In this document: piece by piece, positions 63,150-64,000 of the stretch
Position numbering within the stretch: the first letter of the stretch is position 1
Layout of the letters: each line of letters opens with the position of its first letter
Assembly (NCBI GenBank): GCA_036339465.1
Contig: JAYZAY010000078.1
Coordinates: forward strand, 1 to 64,000
Reading direction: 5' to 3'
From: Myxococcota bacterium
Lineage (GTDB): Bacteria > Myxococcota > XYA12-FULL-58-9 > JABJBS01
DNA length: 64,000 nt
Position numbers and translations under genes: made by a program
The notes under the pieces: model-generated
Databases searched by the model: none
Told to the model about the DNA's origin: nothing
What the model saw: the letters and a program-made list of their open reading frames with translations, nothing else

Positions 63150-63937
63150 TATTCGTAGCCATCTCAAGCCTCCATATACCCCTCGGAAACCCTGCAACTC
63201 TTTTGTCCGCAGTCGGTGATGTCACAATCAGTCATGCCAATCATTCAGGCCAAGTAAGTAGATTCATGAAAATTCCACAGGATGCATTTCTAGAAACCGG
63301 AAAAGCATCCACTGCTTCCTTGCGACTATACAGCGGCTCACTCATTCGAATGGCCCCACATACCAAACTTCAACTCAAACAGCTCAAGCATGGGAAAATC
63401 GCAGGCAAACGACGAGAAAGCTTTAAGCTAATCATTGGAAGCATTTGGGCCAAAGCAATGAAATTGACCGGAAATGAATCATCATTCGAAATCGCCACAC
63501 AACACGCTGTTGCCGGCATTAGGGGAACAGCTTTCGAAGTAACAACCTCACTTGAAGGGGATTCCTATTCTGTGTCAGAGGGAAGCATTGAGATTACTCG
63601 AAAAGATATACAATCCAGGCCTATCCAACTTTCCGCAGGGGATCAGTTACAATTTTTGAAACAGGCCGCCACTTCAAGACGAGGTATTTCCCTAGCTTCA
63701 TCACGCCAACTCAAATCGAAATACGGCAACGCCGCCAATATTCAAGACACACTTCAAACCGAATCGAAATCTGAAGTCTGGGCAAAAAAACGACGACTTG
63801 AGAAACTCAAAAAGATGAGGAAAAAGACCACCTCGCCGAGTACGAACGACGATTCCAACCTAGACTCTAATATTAGGAGTCGCATCGAAGACAACATCGC
63901 CAAGCTCAAAGTAAATCTTATACTTCCGTCCGATTAG
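63134..63937 (+). CDS. FecR-domain protein
   Basis: TGKASTASL..GSLIRM, FEIATQHAVAGIRGTAF and VSEGSIEI motifs. Confidence 0.88.
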   Translation: MVHHVIFVAISSLHIPLGNPATLLSAVGDVTISHANHSGQVSRFMKIPQDAFLETGKASTASLRLYSGSLIRMAPHTKLQLKQLKHGKIAGKRRESFKLIIGSIWAKAMKLTGNESSFEIATQHAVAGIRGTAFEVTTSLEGDSYSVSEGSIEITRKDIQSRPIQLSAGDQLQFLKQAATSRRGISLASSRQLKSKYGNAANIQDTLQTESKSEVWAKKRRLEKLKKMRKKTTSPSTNDDSNLDSNIRSRIEDNIAKLKVNLILPSD

Positions 63938-64000
63938 TCGGATCTTTGTCCCTTTCATCTAGCGTCGCGTCGACAACCCTAGAAGCTGACTGCTGGCGGT

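Overview
A 64 kb bacterial chromosomal window. MYXO-CTERM-like tails, an AgmX/PglI-type TonB-like protein and MopE-type Cys/Asp repeats suggest a moderate-GC Myxococcota or related deltaproteobacterium (inference). All family assignments are by motif recognition from memory; no searches were run. Housekeeping genes include trhO, recQ, rnd, gshA, bioBFDA, pepP, MoxR/VWA, MscS and an acyl-CoA dehydrogenase with TetR. Several features are missed or split by the ORF track. (1) A lipoprotein redoxin selenoprotein at 6818-7825 has an in-frame UGA in a U-S-Y-C motif followed directly by a SECIS-like hairpin. (2) A >1896-aa Cys-rich surface lipoprotein on the minus strand runs off the left edge. (3) A decaying CylC-like dimetal-halogenase cluster lies at 9.3-12.8 kb. 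(4) A ~950-aa surface protein is split by +1 slippage in a C8 tract. (5) Several heavily eroded pseudogenes fill the apparent intergenic gaps. Candidate undescribed systems include a pterin operon (FolM-like reductase, FolB-cupin fusion, second SDR, patatin), a FolE paralogue lacking its triphosphate-binding residues, and a three-gene outer-membrane locus built on a metallopeptidase/beta-propeller/Omp85-like protein. No rRNA, tRNA, CRISPR array or intact mobile element was recognised.
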